A stretch of DNA of 64,000 nucleotides from the human T2T-CHM13v2.0 reference genome, Homo sapiens. Both the position numbers and the translations under genes were made by a program. Location: NCBI RefSeq assembly GCF_009914755.1, contig NC_060931.1. One strand, given 5' to 3'. A model generated the notes under the pieces. That model had not been told where the DNA came from. It did not search any database and was given only the letters and a program-made list of their open reading frames with translations. Below are positions 28,489 to 41,058 of the stretch, piece after piece. Every line of letters starts with the position of its first letter. Position 1 is the first letter of the stretch.

Positions 28489-29388
28489 ATCTTTTTCTTT
28501 ATAGTTCTAACATTACTGCTTTGGAATCTCCAACCTTTATGGCTACATCCCAGACAGGAAGCCAAAGTAATGGAGGAGGAAGAGGAAGAACTTGGATTAA
28601 AAAACACTTTTCTGAAATCCCAGAGACTTCTGTATATTTGCCTTAACTTGAATTGTGTCACATATCCTTTACTTGATGAAAGGAAATCTAAAAAGATACT
28701 ACCTTCTTAGTATAAGTAGCCTTAAAATATAAGAAATAAGGGAAAACAGAGCCAGAAGGAATGCTGATTGAGTCACTTACCATATTAGTAGACTTACATC
28801 CTAAGATCTTTATGATCAAATAAGTTAATGGATGTAAACTTCCTTTTTAAAATTAATAAAAATACATATGCAAAAATAGAAAGTCATTGGATTTCCCAGA
28901 ACATATAATTCCCAATATGTTAAACAGTAATTCACCTAAAAAGAAAATAGATAATTTACAACATTTGATAGTTGATTTTCTATTTACAAAGTAAAATGAT
29001 TTTATTTACCTTAAAGCACTGTGATAGTTTGAATTCACTTTGTAAAAATTAAATTATTTCATATTCTCATGTACTATTTTAAGTGTAAATATTTGTTATC
29101 TTTCAAATAATAGAAAAAGACATAGACTTGACTTCAGTCACTCATTCATGCAATATAATAAAACCCTGCTGTAATGTAGTAATTGAGATCCAAAAAATCC
29201 AGTCTCACAAATGGAGAATAGGTATGTATCCTACCTTAAATATCTATTGAATTAATTGTCACTGGAGTAGAACATCTGGAGCAGTAATAATGATTTTCAT
29301 AATCTTGCGGTGACATAGTGCCCATTATTTTGGTCGGTTGGAGGAGAACAGGCTGGGAGACGTCGTGAGAAGATCGAGAGTCTTCTTT

Positions 29389-30009
29389 TGTGAGATAAGG
29401 TTGCCTGTTGATTTCCCATGGCTAGTCTTACATCTTACCCTTGCTTCCATTTCTACTCACCCCTCCAAAGGTCAGAACTTAACTTCATCTCTTTTGGTAA
29501 TAAGGGCTAGGTGAGTATATCTTACTGGGTGGTTTTAAGATAGACAGGCTGGCTGGTTTATGTTTTGATGTAGTTTATAAAAAGAGAACAAAAGGCCATT
29601 ACTCAAGCTGTAGCTTACCTAATTTCTAGCCAGTCAGCAACAAAAGATCCAAGAAGCTATTAACCACAAGTCCCTGCTTTAGGGGTCTAGGGACTTCCCC
29701 AGGGACCTATACATGCAGTTAGACTTAAATTTCAACTTATAATGACTCCTTACTCATTTTAATATGAAAAAGCACACCCAGGGGTAGAAATTTAAAGTGC
29801 TAATGTTACATGTAATGTATGAAAAAGCATGTAAAGCCACTGTGCCAGTGCTAGCGAAACCCCTCCTATACAACCCCTCCTATTCCTTTTGTGATGCTGA
29901 CTTCCTTGCGCACAAGCTAAAGCTTTTTCTTTCTCTTTGCTGCTATGTCTGGTAATCTTTCTTGATTTCTATCCTGGGAGATTTAAATAACCCAGGGGCA
30001 CCAGTAGCA
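29389..30009 (+). mobile_element. ERV1-type solo LTR (family uncertain)
   Basis: TG...CA termini (tgtgagataagg ... ccagtagca), flanks cttt/gttt, about 620 bp, with a U5-like end (ctttctctttgctgct..gatttctatcctgggagat..aacccagg). Confidence 0.6.
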
Positions 30010-30078
30010 GTTTTACTATAATGACTTATTTAGTGGCTATTTATATAAAGGAAACAATTTGGAACCAGGGACTATTGG

Positions 30079-30113
<35 letters not shown>
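30079..30113. repeat. (TAAA)8 microsatellite
   Basis: Direct read. Confidence 0.95.
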
Positions 30114-30115
<2 letters not shown>

Positions 30116-30384
30116 CTAATTTGAATAATTGCTGTGACAAAAATTAAATGAAGCCTATGAAAGAAAAAAAATGGTGTCAACAGAGTGGTTGGGAAAGAAC
30201 TTGGTAAGAAATGTACATTTAAGCTAAGAAGTAATAAAAGGCTGTATCAAATTCCTTGCAGCAAAATATGGTACAATCCAAATGGTTAAATGAGAAAAAT
30301 TTTTCAAATTTTTATTTCATATTTATTTTGTTTTTCATTTAAATATTTTTTAAATAAAGGAACAATTTAAGAAAAATGGGCATA

Positions 30385-30750
30385 TGTGGTAAAACCACAT
30401 TTAAAGAAAAACATAAGACAAAATAAATTTAACAGTTTATTTGTGCAAATGAAGATTTGCAAATCTGGGAGCCATCAGAACCAGAAGAGGTTCAAAGAGT
30501 TCCACTTCAGCAGTGGGGGCAGTAAGCTTTTAAGTGGAAGGAACTTAAAAAAAATGTATTGGATTGGCATAAAGTGGAAAGACTTGAGTCTACACTAGAG
30601 TGGAAAAGGGTAGAGGCTAGTTGACAGTTTCTGATTGGTAAAGTCTCTAGTTTCATTTTACTCTTCTTGGCTCTGGTCCATTTATGGAGAACCTAAAACA
30701 TTGAGGCTGTCTCAGTTTAAGGATAATCCTATTGGGATGTTTTTTAAACA
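30385..30750 (-). mobile_element. ERV1-type LTR remnant (MER31/MER67-group-like)
   Basis: aaatttaacagtttattt..cagaaccagaagaggttca..ctgattggt..gctgtctcag..tttttaaaca pattern. Confidence 0.55.
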
Positions 30751-30795
30751 ACCATAAGAGATAGTATAATACTCCAGAGCTAGTAATGGTGGGAA

Positions 30796-30848
30796 TGTGT
30801 GTGTGAGCATGTGTGTGTGTGTGTGTTTGTGTGTGTGTATGTGTATGT
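30796..30848. repeat. Imperfect (TG)n
   Basis: Direct read. Confidence 0.9.
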
Positions 30849-31399
30849 TGGGAAGGGGACAGCTTGCCACTTCCTGAAGTGTCAAGGAAAAAGAGTAATT
30901 ATTCTGGTATCAGAGTGGAGAGGGACATTTTCGTAAAGTTTTCATATACTGTAGAGGGATGCAACCAATGCCTGAGAGGATCACTTACAAAGTATTCACA
31001 TGGTTATATGTTTTTGTGAACTTTGATAAACTAATGTTTAAAAAATGCAATCACTTTCCTCTGTGAATTCTATTACATGTATCTCATATTGGCTGATAAT
31101 GAGCATTTTTTGGATCTGGCTAAAGTGAATGTGATTTGGAAGACTTGAATTTAGTGTACTATGGCATTTGTAATCACGTCTTTAAAAGTTAAATTATTTT
31201 TGATCATTCATGTGTAATGACAGGAGGATTTCTGCCACCCATTTGCTGAATCACTCTGGCTTAGTGACACAAAAATCCAAGCCCAGAGATCCAATCATTG
31301 CATAGGCATACAATACAGTGTCAAGCGCTGGAAATAATCAGAGTAGTAGGAGTGAAAGTAACAGAGTTTAAAATGTACACATCCAGAAGCTACTTTGTG

Positions 31400-32012
31400 G
31401 AAAGTTATTTTAACATTCTTATACGTCAAAATTTCAAGTGGAGAAATAGTTCTCTTTGGTGGCTTCTCAAAATGATTGTATTAAATAATATACGGGGAAT
31501 ATATAAGGAATATACAAAGAAAAGTGGAGAGAGTAAAATTAGAAAAGTACCATGCATTTTTAATTTTATGATGAGAATTGCACAAAATATAATTTACCAG
31601 TGTTCCTGTGTTTATAGAGTGCTGTAAACAGTAAAACAAACATCTGTATGTAAATTATGATACATACCTTACAAATCCCAACTATCAATAATTATTTTAA
31701 CCACATTGGAAAATAGAAGAAATTATCTTTCTATTATCTTGATAGAAAATTGTATCATGGAATCAATGTCTCATGAAAAACTGAAAAAAATGTTTGCAGG
31801 CAAATAATATAGAGATGTGTCAGGGAGTTAATTAATTAATGTCTTTTTTATCCTAGATCTTGTAATGTTTGTGATATTGGTCACATTTTACTTATGTTTT
31901 GTTTGTGCTCTGCCTTCTTAGTATAAATAAATATTTACTTTAATATCAAAGATTGTGTTGATAATTTCTGTCTTGTTTTTCTTAAAGAGGTTCCATGAAA
32001 CCTGGATCTGCC
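31400..32012 (+). mobile_element. hAT (Tip100/Zaphod-like) DNA transposon fossil
   Basis: About 31700-31805 translates TTLENRRNYLSIILIENCIMESMSHEKLKKMFAGK*, resembling the hAT transposase C-terminal 'ST...RLN.L.ILSIEN...FA.K' motif. Ends catgaaacctggatctgcc. Left boundary uncertain. Confidence 0.6.
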
Positions 32013-32769
32013 TTTGAACAGATAAAGGGTGTTTTCTGAGTACTCATCTTCTGCAGTGAAGGAGACAAGGAATATATATCAGGCTTCCAATGACTAGCTT
32101 CATTTATTCTTAACTAAAACTCAGTCTTGTGGCAGAACTGAAACCATTTCTGGGAAGGTACAGCTTAACTTTCTTATTAGAAAATGCCAACAATTTGCCA
32201 TATCAATTACACATTAAATTTTAGAAAGTGAGATGCCTGTGTATAAGAGAGAACTGATTTCTGTTAATGATTATCTTGAGAACTGAGCTAACTGATACCA
32301 TGTAAGTAAATTAGATAATAGTTTATTCTAATATTCTCTTTGATTAAAGACACTGCATAAAAATATGCACCAAAAGTGACATTTGTAGGGAACATTTTAT
32401 CTAATAAATCATATATAACTTATAAGTATATTCCTTATATGTGTTTAATATTGAGAAGCCTTCTGAATTGTCCATAATTAATAAGAATTATGGACAATTC
32501 TTATTAATCTTATATATAATTATCAAGTAACATAATTTATTCAGTTGTAGTATTGGTTAAATAAACCAAGTTATTTTTATTTTCTGTGTATGTTAATCCC
32601 AAATATATCCCTTTGCTTCTAAGTCATATCTTTGGAAAAATGTATGTTAAAAATTCTTGTAATTTTAGATTCTAAATGTCTATACGAATGTGTATACGAG
32701 TGTGAAGCTCAAATAATGTCTTTTTTTTTTTTTTATCATATAAGCCTTGGTAGATCTTTTGGTGAATAG

Positions 32770-33200
32770 ATAGGTTTCCTCAGGGCAGCCAGGGGAATAT
32801 CTCTTGAACATAAATATGATCATCTCACTCTCATGCCTAAATCCTCTATTATTATACCTTCTCACTGATTCGAGGATACAATCCCAACCCCTAACTGTTC
32901 TTCAGGCCCTAGGTCATTTCTCAATAGATCTGCCCTCTCACATGAGGCTCCAGCCATGATGAACTCAGTTTTGGGACTAGATCCTTCTTTCTGTCATCCT
33001 CAGGCTTTCATATGTGTGTAGGACAATGCGCCCTCCTCCTCTTCAGATGACAGACTCATCCTTTTGGGTTTCAGTCAGAGTCACTTTGTAAAAGAGATCG
33101 TTTCCTGAACAAAATAGCAGAGGTTAGTTACTTGTACCTTACGGTGTCCCTAAGAAAGTCTATGAAGATCCTTGTTTAAATCTATCGTATTTCTTTAAAA
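32770..33200 (+). mobile_element. L2 fragment
   Basis: gcagccaggggaatatct..atgatcatctcactctc..cctaaatcctct..gctccagcca..caggctttcata. Confidence 0.65.
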
Positions 33201-33300
33201 ACAGAACTTCTGTTAAAGGAAGAATCAAGTCCATCTCATTTATATTCCCAGTCCACAATTACTGGCACATGGTTGGCACGTTGGACGAATTAATGCATTC

Positions 33301-33327
33301 TTTTTTTTTTTTTTTTTTTTTTTTTTT
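33301..33327. repeat. T27 homopolymer
   Basis: Direct read. Confidence 0.95.
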
Positions 33328-33575
33328 GGCAGACCTGGTTCGTTTCCCATTTCAATCCTTTTGCTAACTGAACAAAGATGAGTTATTTCACATCTGATTG
33401 CTCTACTTATTTCCTGACAGTGGCAGTGAACATAGCTAAAACTTACATCATTGGGTTCTACTTGGGCGACTTGGTACAGGCAGAGAAAACCGCACAGGCA
33501 AAGACGCAGCACCAAAGGATTGTGGGGCATATTCAGAAAACAAAGAGTAGGCAGTCCATGGTGGCTAGAGAGTGA

Positions 33576-33907
<332 letters not shown>

Positions 33908-34097
33908 AAAACTGTGAACTTCAGTTGTTTTATGTTTTATATTTTAACTGCAGTCTCCATTGAAGATGTTTTCAGATGGCATTATCAAAACCGTTCTTTG
34001 AGGCAAATAATTATTCTGACTGTGGGGGTCTGAATGAAAAAAGCCTTTTCAGTAGAAGTCTCTTGAAAAAGTCCCAACTATAAGGCGTGGACACGAG

Positions 34098-34220
34098 TAG
34101 GAAGGGAGAGAAGACAGAGGCACAGGGGAGTGCAGAGCAGAGTAGTGTGAAATGCGGAGAGAAGGAAGTAGAGGATGAAAGAGGGGAAGACAGAGGGGAG
34201 AAGAAGGAAAAGAGGAACAT
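34098..34220. repeat. GA-rich low-complexity tract
   Basis: Strongly purine-biased sequence. Confidence 0.7.
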
Positions 34221-34561
34221 AGGTGAGTAAAATCAGAACCATGAGTTTTTCCAGAATAACAACAACAACAACAAAAAGACGTCACCAAATGGATGTGGAA
34301 ATGAGAGAAAAAGGTATGACTTTGCTGTTTCTGGCTTTCTTCCCATTTGATGCATAGGATTTTAGTAATAGGAGTATTCATGTCCCACATATAAGCCATG
34401 CAACGTGCTCTGTATAACTTCAGCTACAATGGTTTACTTGTGACATATTATTAAAAAGTTTCAAAGTTATCTTGATTATCAAGAGGCTTTTCAAAGGCTG
34501 AAAATTACCCTTCAGTGACAAAGGTCATGTGCTAATCTTTTGCTTCCTTTAAGACAGTATA

Positions 34562-34875
<314 letters not shown>

Positions 34876-35189
34876 AAGACAGTATAAGCATAATTATTTT
34901 TAAAACTGAACTGTGTGCTTTTTTATTTTTTGCTTGGAACTATAATAAATACCACACTACTTATGGAAAAATTAATATGCTTACTTATACATGTGAAAAT
35001 TATACATTTTGATCTGAATGATAAATGTTTTAATATAGAACTAGTGGAGATAGAAATTGACCTGTCAAATTTGACTTAATTAAAATTTTAAGCATTTTTT
35101 AAAATCCAAAAACATTGTTTTTAAATGAACCTGATATAGTAAGTAGTAACATGATATAATGACATCTCTTTTCATTCTTTTAAAATCCT

Positions 35190-35410
35190 CAACTTCCTTT
35201 TTGTAGACAGACTGCCATAAGTCAGGTCCAAAATTCTGTTTGCTCTAGTAGTTTCTATCCTGCTGGTCAATAAGTAGTTTGGCATTTTTCTGAACATTTT
35301 TGTTCCATTGTTCCCTTGATTTAATGAAGTCTGTATGGTACAATTGAATTCTCCCTCTGCATGCTGTCTATTGAAATTGAGGTCATGGATAGCTCTAGCA
35401 TTTTCTGGAT
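35190..35410 (-). mobile_element. Possible ancient CR1/L3 (or L2) endonuclease fossil
   Basis: Minus frame gives AIHDLNF...NYLLTSRIETTRANRILDLTYG, resembling the CR1 'GDFN...PTRG..LLDL' motifs. Confidence 0.35.
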
Positions 35411-37924
35411 ATTAAATTTTAGACACATTTTGAATCAAAATGAAAATTAATACTTTATTTATTGTTCTGTTCTCTTTTTATATTGACTTTAGTGAAACTA
35501 AAACATATCACAGAGTGTGAAATGTTAAATATCCCAATAAAATAGAATTCATTTAGTAAATTCAGACCCCAAATGTCTTCTGACTTTTGTCAAGTAGAAA
35601 ACCTAATTATAAATATAGGAACATCTTATCTTATGGAAATTAAAATTATTTCAGTTGTTTTCAAGGAATTACTATAATTTTATACAAACAAGTAATTTAA
35701 AATTAATGATTTTGAAGCATGCTCTTAATATGCTTAATTTTCCATTTTTTAAAAAGTGTGTGTTTTGTGTTAAGTTCAGTGTTTCAGTGGTGGAAACAAC
35801 TTCCAACATTATTGATATCACTTACTGGGAAAAGATTATTTGTCAGTTAAAATAAGATGCTATTAGTTGATCTTTACTGTGCTCCTAGATCTGAACTAGG
35901 TATTGGATGGCATAATCAAACATAAGAATCAAATTTAAGAGTAAGTTATTGTGTTTCAGGACAAGAGGACTCATGATACATATATGAGCATTTATATATT
36001 CGAAGAAACACTAAGCAAATTCTATTATGTGCATAGAACCATATCCATTAAGAGTTAAATATAAATATAAGAAAATCTATAAATGCTAAAGATGCTACTA
36101 TAGAACGTTTTCCCAGATTAAGATTTCAGTCTGAAATTCAGTCCTGATTTAGCGACAAATTAATAGCACAAGTCTTTCTTTGACTTATTTTGCTTTGCAA
36201 AGCAAATTATCCTGACCTGCCCTGTTCTATCCTTTGCTTCAGATAGCCCTGACAACATGAAGAGTTTTAGTTAAGGAATCTATCCCCTTCTGTAACCACC
36301 ACCTTCCACTCCAGTAGCTGTGATGACTACTCCTCATGCAAGTGTCTCCAGCCTAGGTAGGAAGCTAGACTCCTGGAAAGGAAGCCCAGAGAGACTGGCC
36401 TGAGTGGTATGAAAGACAAGCTTCATTGCACCTCCATATATTCACTCAGACCTCAATCTCCTGTTCATTCCCAGTCAAAGCCAGTACATACAGGGACCTT
36501 TATTGTGTCTGCATACTGAGGACAATTTCTCCCTGCTTCTGTGCTATGCAGTTAGATTTCTCACTATTCTTTTACTTTTTTTTTTTAATAGATAGGTGTA
36601 AAATGTTCTCATGGGACTAAGTCCTATCATTCTTTGACTTGGAAGGAAGGGTAGAATTTTCTCTAAAGCGTCTTTTTTTTTTTCCCCCTAACTATCGCTC
36701 ATGTCAGACCCAAAAATCCACACTATTTTTGGTACTGAATCTTCAGAAACAATAAACCTCCTCTTGAAAGAAGAGTCCTTTGCTTCCTTGTCATCTCTGA
36801 ACAGTTCCTACTGAATTTTTACAACCTGTATCCTCTGGTCATCTACTTTGACCTGTCAGCAGATTGAAGTTTTTGCTGAGGTGACATAAATAGGTGGAAG
36901 TGGTAGCGTAAGGCCAATAATTCCACAGCTGAATGGCCTCCAAGCAGGCCCAAGCAGGCAATTGCTGTGACTGGGTAACCAAGAATCAACACTGACATGG
37001 CTGAGTGGAGAAGTATCAGAACCTAATACTGGTTGTTGAGTGTTGAAAACTCCTTTATTACTAGAGTGTAAATAACAAATTATTTGAAGAGTTCCATATT
37101 TCTCTTCTTAGTTCAATCCTTACTAAGAATTATTAACATTTTAAAATGTTTACAATTGTGTCTTCTTTCTTTCTTCAAGACCACACAGGTGAATATTAGT
37201 AGGCTTAACTGTCAGAGTTCGAGGATTCTAGAAGTGCATTGCTCACATTTCAGTAATTCAGATTTGTGATCTTTCTATAGGATAATAACAGCTACCTGAA
37301 TCCAAATCTCTCCACTCATCTTCCAAAAACCATTCAGGCCAGTAAGGGGAGCAAATGAACCATCCGTAACTCATGACTACAACATAGTAATATAATTAGG
37401 AGACAGAGAATACAATGAATTTATTTTTACATATACACAGGGAAATAAACAGGGCCCATTCCAGAGTACGGTCTGGCTGTACTATGTCAAATAAGAAAAA
37501 GAAAAAAAAAAAACAGTGCACAGAAAGAAAAAGATTCTATTAGTGGCAGAATAGAAAAGACATCAACCAAAGAACCAACCAACCCAAATACAGGTTTGCC
37601 AGTATTTACTGGCAAATACTAGTGTATTGGAACACTTTATACTCGGAAATCTGAAGGAAGATGTTTAAAAATGCATGGGATTAGAAGTGGCAGATCTTGG
37701 AGTTATCAGTTTTAGGGAAGAAGAGGTTGACTTGGATATAAATGAGAACATCTTTTGGGGACTTTATACAAAAGCAAATGAGGGAACAATTTAGAGATAT
37801 TAAGGGTCCTAGAAGCACAAGAGAATATCATAGAATCAAAAGACAAACTGATTTCCTTTAAAACAGGGCACCCATTATTTGTTGTAGAAATTATTCTTCA
37901 CTATGCCAATGTAAGGTGAAATTC

Positions 37925-39005
37925 CTTTTTTATTGATTCATAATAGATGTATATATTTTAAGGGTACAAGTGATAATTTGATAATCAATATAATATGTAG
38001 AGATTGAATCAGAGTAATTGAGATATCTGTCACCTTAAATATGTATCTTTTCTTTATGCTAGGAACATTTGAATTATTCTCTTGAAGTTATTGTGAAATA
38101 TATAATTAATGTTAACTATTATATCCCTACTGATCTATTGAACACTAGGTCTTATTTCTTCTATGTAAAAGTATATTTATACCTGTTAATCAACCCCTCT
38201 ATTGCCCCCTACTCCTACCCTTCCCGGCCTCTAATAACCACCAATCTAGTCTTGATCTTCATGACATTCACTGAAATTTTAACTCCCAGATGTGAAGAGA
38301 ACATCCAATATTTGTCCTTCTGTGCTTGGCTTATTTCACTTAACATAATGACCTCCAGCTCTTTTCATGTTGCTACAAATGACAGGATTTCATTCTCTTT
38401 TATGGCTGAAAAACATTGCATTGTCTCTATATACCGCATTTTCTTTATCCATTTATCCATTGAAAAACACTTAGGTTATTTCTATATTTTGGCTATTGTA
38501 AATAGTGCTACCACAAACATGGACGTGCAGATATATCTTTGATACATTGACTTCTTTTCTTTTGGATATATACCCAGTAATGAAATTGCTGGATAATATG
38601 GTAGCTCTGTTTTTAATTTTTTGAGGATTGTCATACTGTTTTCTATAGTGGCTGTATTAATTTACATTCCCACCAACAGTGTATGAGGATTCCCTTTCTC
38701 CACATCCACAGCAGCATTTCTAACTGGGTAGAGGTGGTATCTTATTGTGGTTTAGATTTGCATTTTTCTGATAATTAGTGATGTTGAGAATTATTTTATA
38801 TACCTGTTGGCCATTTGTATGTATTATCTTGAGAAATGTCTGATGTCCTTAGCTCATTTTTAAATGGACTGTTAATTTTCTTGAGTTGTTTGAGCTCCTA
38901 ATATATTCTAGTTCATAATTTCTGATCAGATGGATAGTTTGCAAATATTTTAACCAATTCTGTGGGTTGTCTCCTCACTTTGCTGATTATTTACTTTGCT
39001 GTGCA
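37925..39005 (-). mobile_element. L1MA (MA3-5-like) 3' portion
   Basis: T-rich tail, then tgtgcttggcttatttcacttaacataatgacctccag, tttacattcccaccaacagtgta, gatggatagtttgcaaatattt. Ends abruptly at tttgctgtgca. Confidence 0.9.
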
Positions 39006-39006
39006 A

Positions 39007-40539
39007 AGGGCTCAGACGAAGATAGAAAAATATGGGAAAGTTTGGAACCTCCTAGAGACTTGTTGAATGGCTTTGACAAAAATGCTGATAATTATATGAA
39101 CAATAAGGCCCAGGCTGAGGTGGTCTCAGATATAGATGAGGAACTTGTTGGGAACTGGAGCAAAGGAGACTCTTCTTATGTTTTAGCAAAGAGATTGGAG
39201 GCATTTTGCCCCACCCTAGAGATTTGTGGAACTTTGAACTAGAGAGAGATGATTAAGGGTATCTGGCAGAAGAAATTTCTAATTAGCAAAGCATTAAAAA
39301 GGTGATGTAGGTGCTGTTAAAAACATTCTATCTTAAAAGGGAAACAGAGCATAAAATTTCAGTAAATTTGTAGCCTGACAATGCAGTAGAAAAGAAAACC
39401 CCATTTCTTGAGGAGACATTCAAGCTGGCTACAGAAGTTAGCATAAAAAGAAAGGATCCTAATGTTAATTCCCAAGGCCATGGGGAAAGTGTGTCCAGGC
39501 CATGTCAGAGACCTTCACTGCAGCACATCCCATCACAGTCCCAGAGGCCCAGCAAGAAAAAGTGGTTTCATGGGCCAGGCCCAGTGTCCCTGTGCTTTGT
39601 GCAGCCTAGGGACTTGGTGCCCTGTGTCCCAGCCACTGCAGCCATGGCTGGAAGGGGCCAACATAGAGCTTGGGCTGTGGCATTAGAGAGTGGAAGCCTC
39701 AAGCCTTGGCAGCTTTCACATGGTATTGAACCTCTACGTGCACAGACATCATGAATTGAAGTTTGTGAACCTCCACCTAGATTTCAGAATATGTATGGAA
39801 ATGCCTAGATGTCCAGGCAGAAGTTTGCTGCAGGGGTAGGGCCCTCATGGAGAACCTTCGCTAGGGCTTTGCAGAAAAGAAATGTGGGGTCAGAGCCCTC
39901 ACACAGAGTCCCTACTGGGGCACTGCCTAGTAATTAGTTTTAATGATGCAAATATAATTATGCAAGTTGAGCATGATTGCATGTGAGAAGAGCTGTGAGA
40001 AGAGGGCCACCATTCTCCAGACCCCAGAATGGTAGATCCACTGACAGCTTGCACTGTGTGCCTGGGAAAGCCGCAGACACTCAATGCCAGCCCATGAAAG
40101 CAGCCAGGAGGGAAGCTGTACCCTACAAAGCCACAGGGGCAGAGCTGTGCAAGACCATGGGAATTCACCTTTTACATCAGTGTGACCTGGACGTGAGACC
40201 TGGAGTCAAAGGAGATCATCTTGGATCTTTAAAATTTACTGCACTGCTGGATTTCAGATTTTCATGGGCCCTGTTACCCCTTTGTTTTGGCCAATTTCTC
40301 CCATTTGGAATGGCTATATTTACCCAATATCTGTACCCCCATTGTATCTAGGAAGTAACTAACTTGGTTTTGATTTTACAGGCTCGTAGGCAGAAGGGAT
40401 TTGCCTTGTTTCAAATGAGACTTTGAACTGTGGACTTCTGGGTTAATGCTGAAATTAGTTATACTTTGGGGAACTGTTGAGATGGCATGGTTGGCTTTGA
40501 AATGTGAGGACATGAGATTTGGAGGGGCCAGGGGTAGAA
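39007..40539 (+). mobile_element. THE1A internal region, lacking the 5' LTR and the start of the internal sequence
   Basis: agggctcaga..gggaaagtttggaac..cctagagacttgttgaatggctttgac..; ends in the polypurine tract ggaggggccaggggtagaa. Confidence 0.92.
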
Positions 40540-41058
40540 TGATATGGTTTGGCTGTGCCCCCACACAAATCTCAAATTGAATTGTATCTCCCAGTATTCC
40601 CACATGTTGTGGGAGGGACCTAGGGGTAGGTAATTGAATCATAGGGAGCCAGTCTTTCCCATGCTATTCTCATGAATATTCTCATGGGACTCCCATGCTA
40701 TTCTCATGGGACTGTGATGGGACGGGCTGCAGTGAAGGTCTCTGACATGGCCTGGACACACTTTCCCCATGGCCCTGGGAATTAACATTAGGATCCTTTC
40801 TTTTTATGCTAATTTCTGTAGCCAGCTTGAATGTCTCCTCAAAAAATGGGGTCTCACGAGATCTGATGGGTTTATCAGGGGTTTCCGCTTTTGCTTCTTC
40901 CTCATTTTTCTCTTCCCGCTGCCATGTAAGAAGTACCCTTCATCTCCCACCATGATCTGACGCCTCCCCAGCCATGTGGAACTGTAAGTCCAATTAAACC
41001 TCTTTTGTTCTCAGTTTCAGATATGTCTTTATCAGCTGCATGAAAATGAACTAATACA
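40540..41058 (+). mobile_element. THE1A 3' LTR with internal rearrangement
   Basis: tgatatggtttggctgtg..gaattgtatctcccag..gggtttatcaggggtttccgcttttgc..ctaataca. About 170 bp of extra sequence at 40676-40852. Confidence 0.92.
40707..40852 (-). repeat. 146-bp inverted copy of 39398-39543
   Basis: Reverse complement aligns ungapped with about 5 mismatches. Confidence 0.95.

Noticed and set aside
33301-33327. T27 run as a possible tail-only retroinsertion
   Set aside because: No TSD or element body is visible, so it is treated as a simple homopolymer.
36189-36206. 18-bp perfect palindrome tttgctttgcaaagcaaa (also 14-16 bp palindromes near 43931 and 55994)
   Set aside because: Within chance expectation for 64 kb of AT-rich DNA.
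38069-38542. Longest ORF in the window (157 aa)
   Set aside because: Antisense frame of an L1MA 3' region.
38967-40351. Several 74-124 aa ORFs
   Set aside because: Broken frames of the THE1A internal region.
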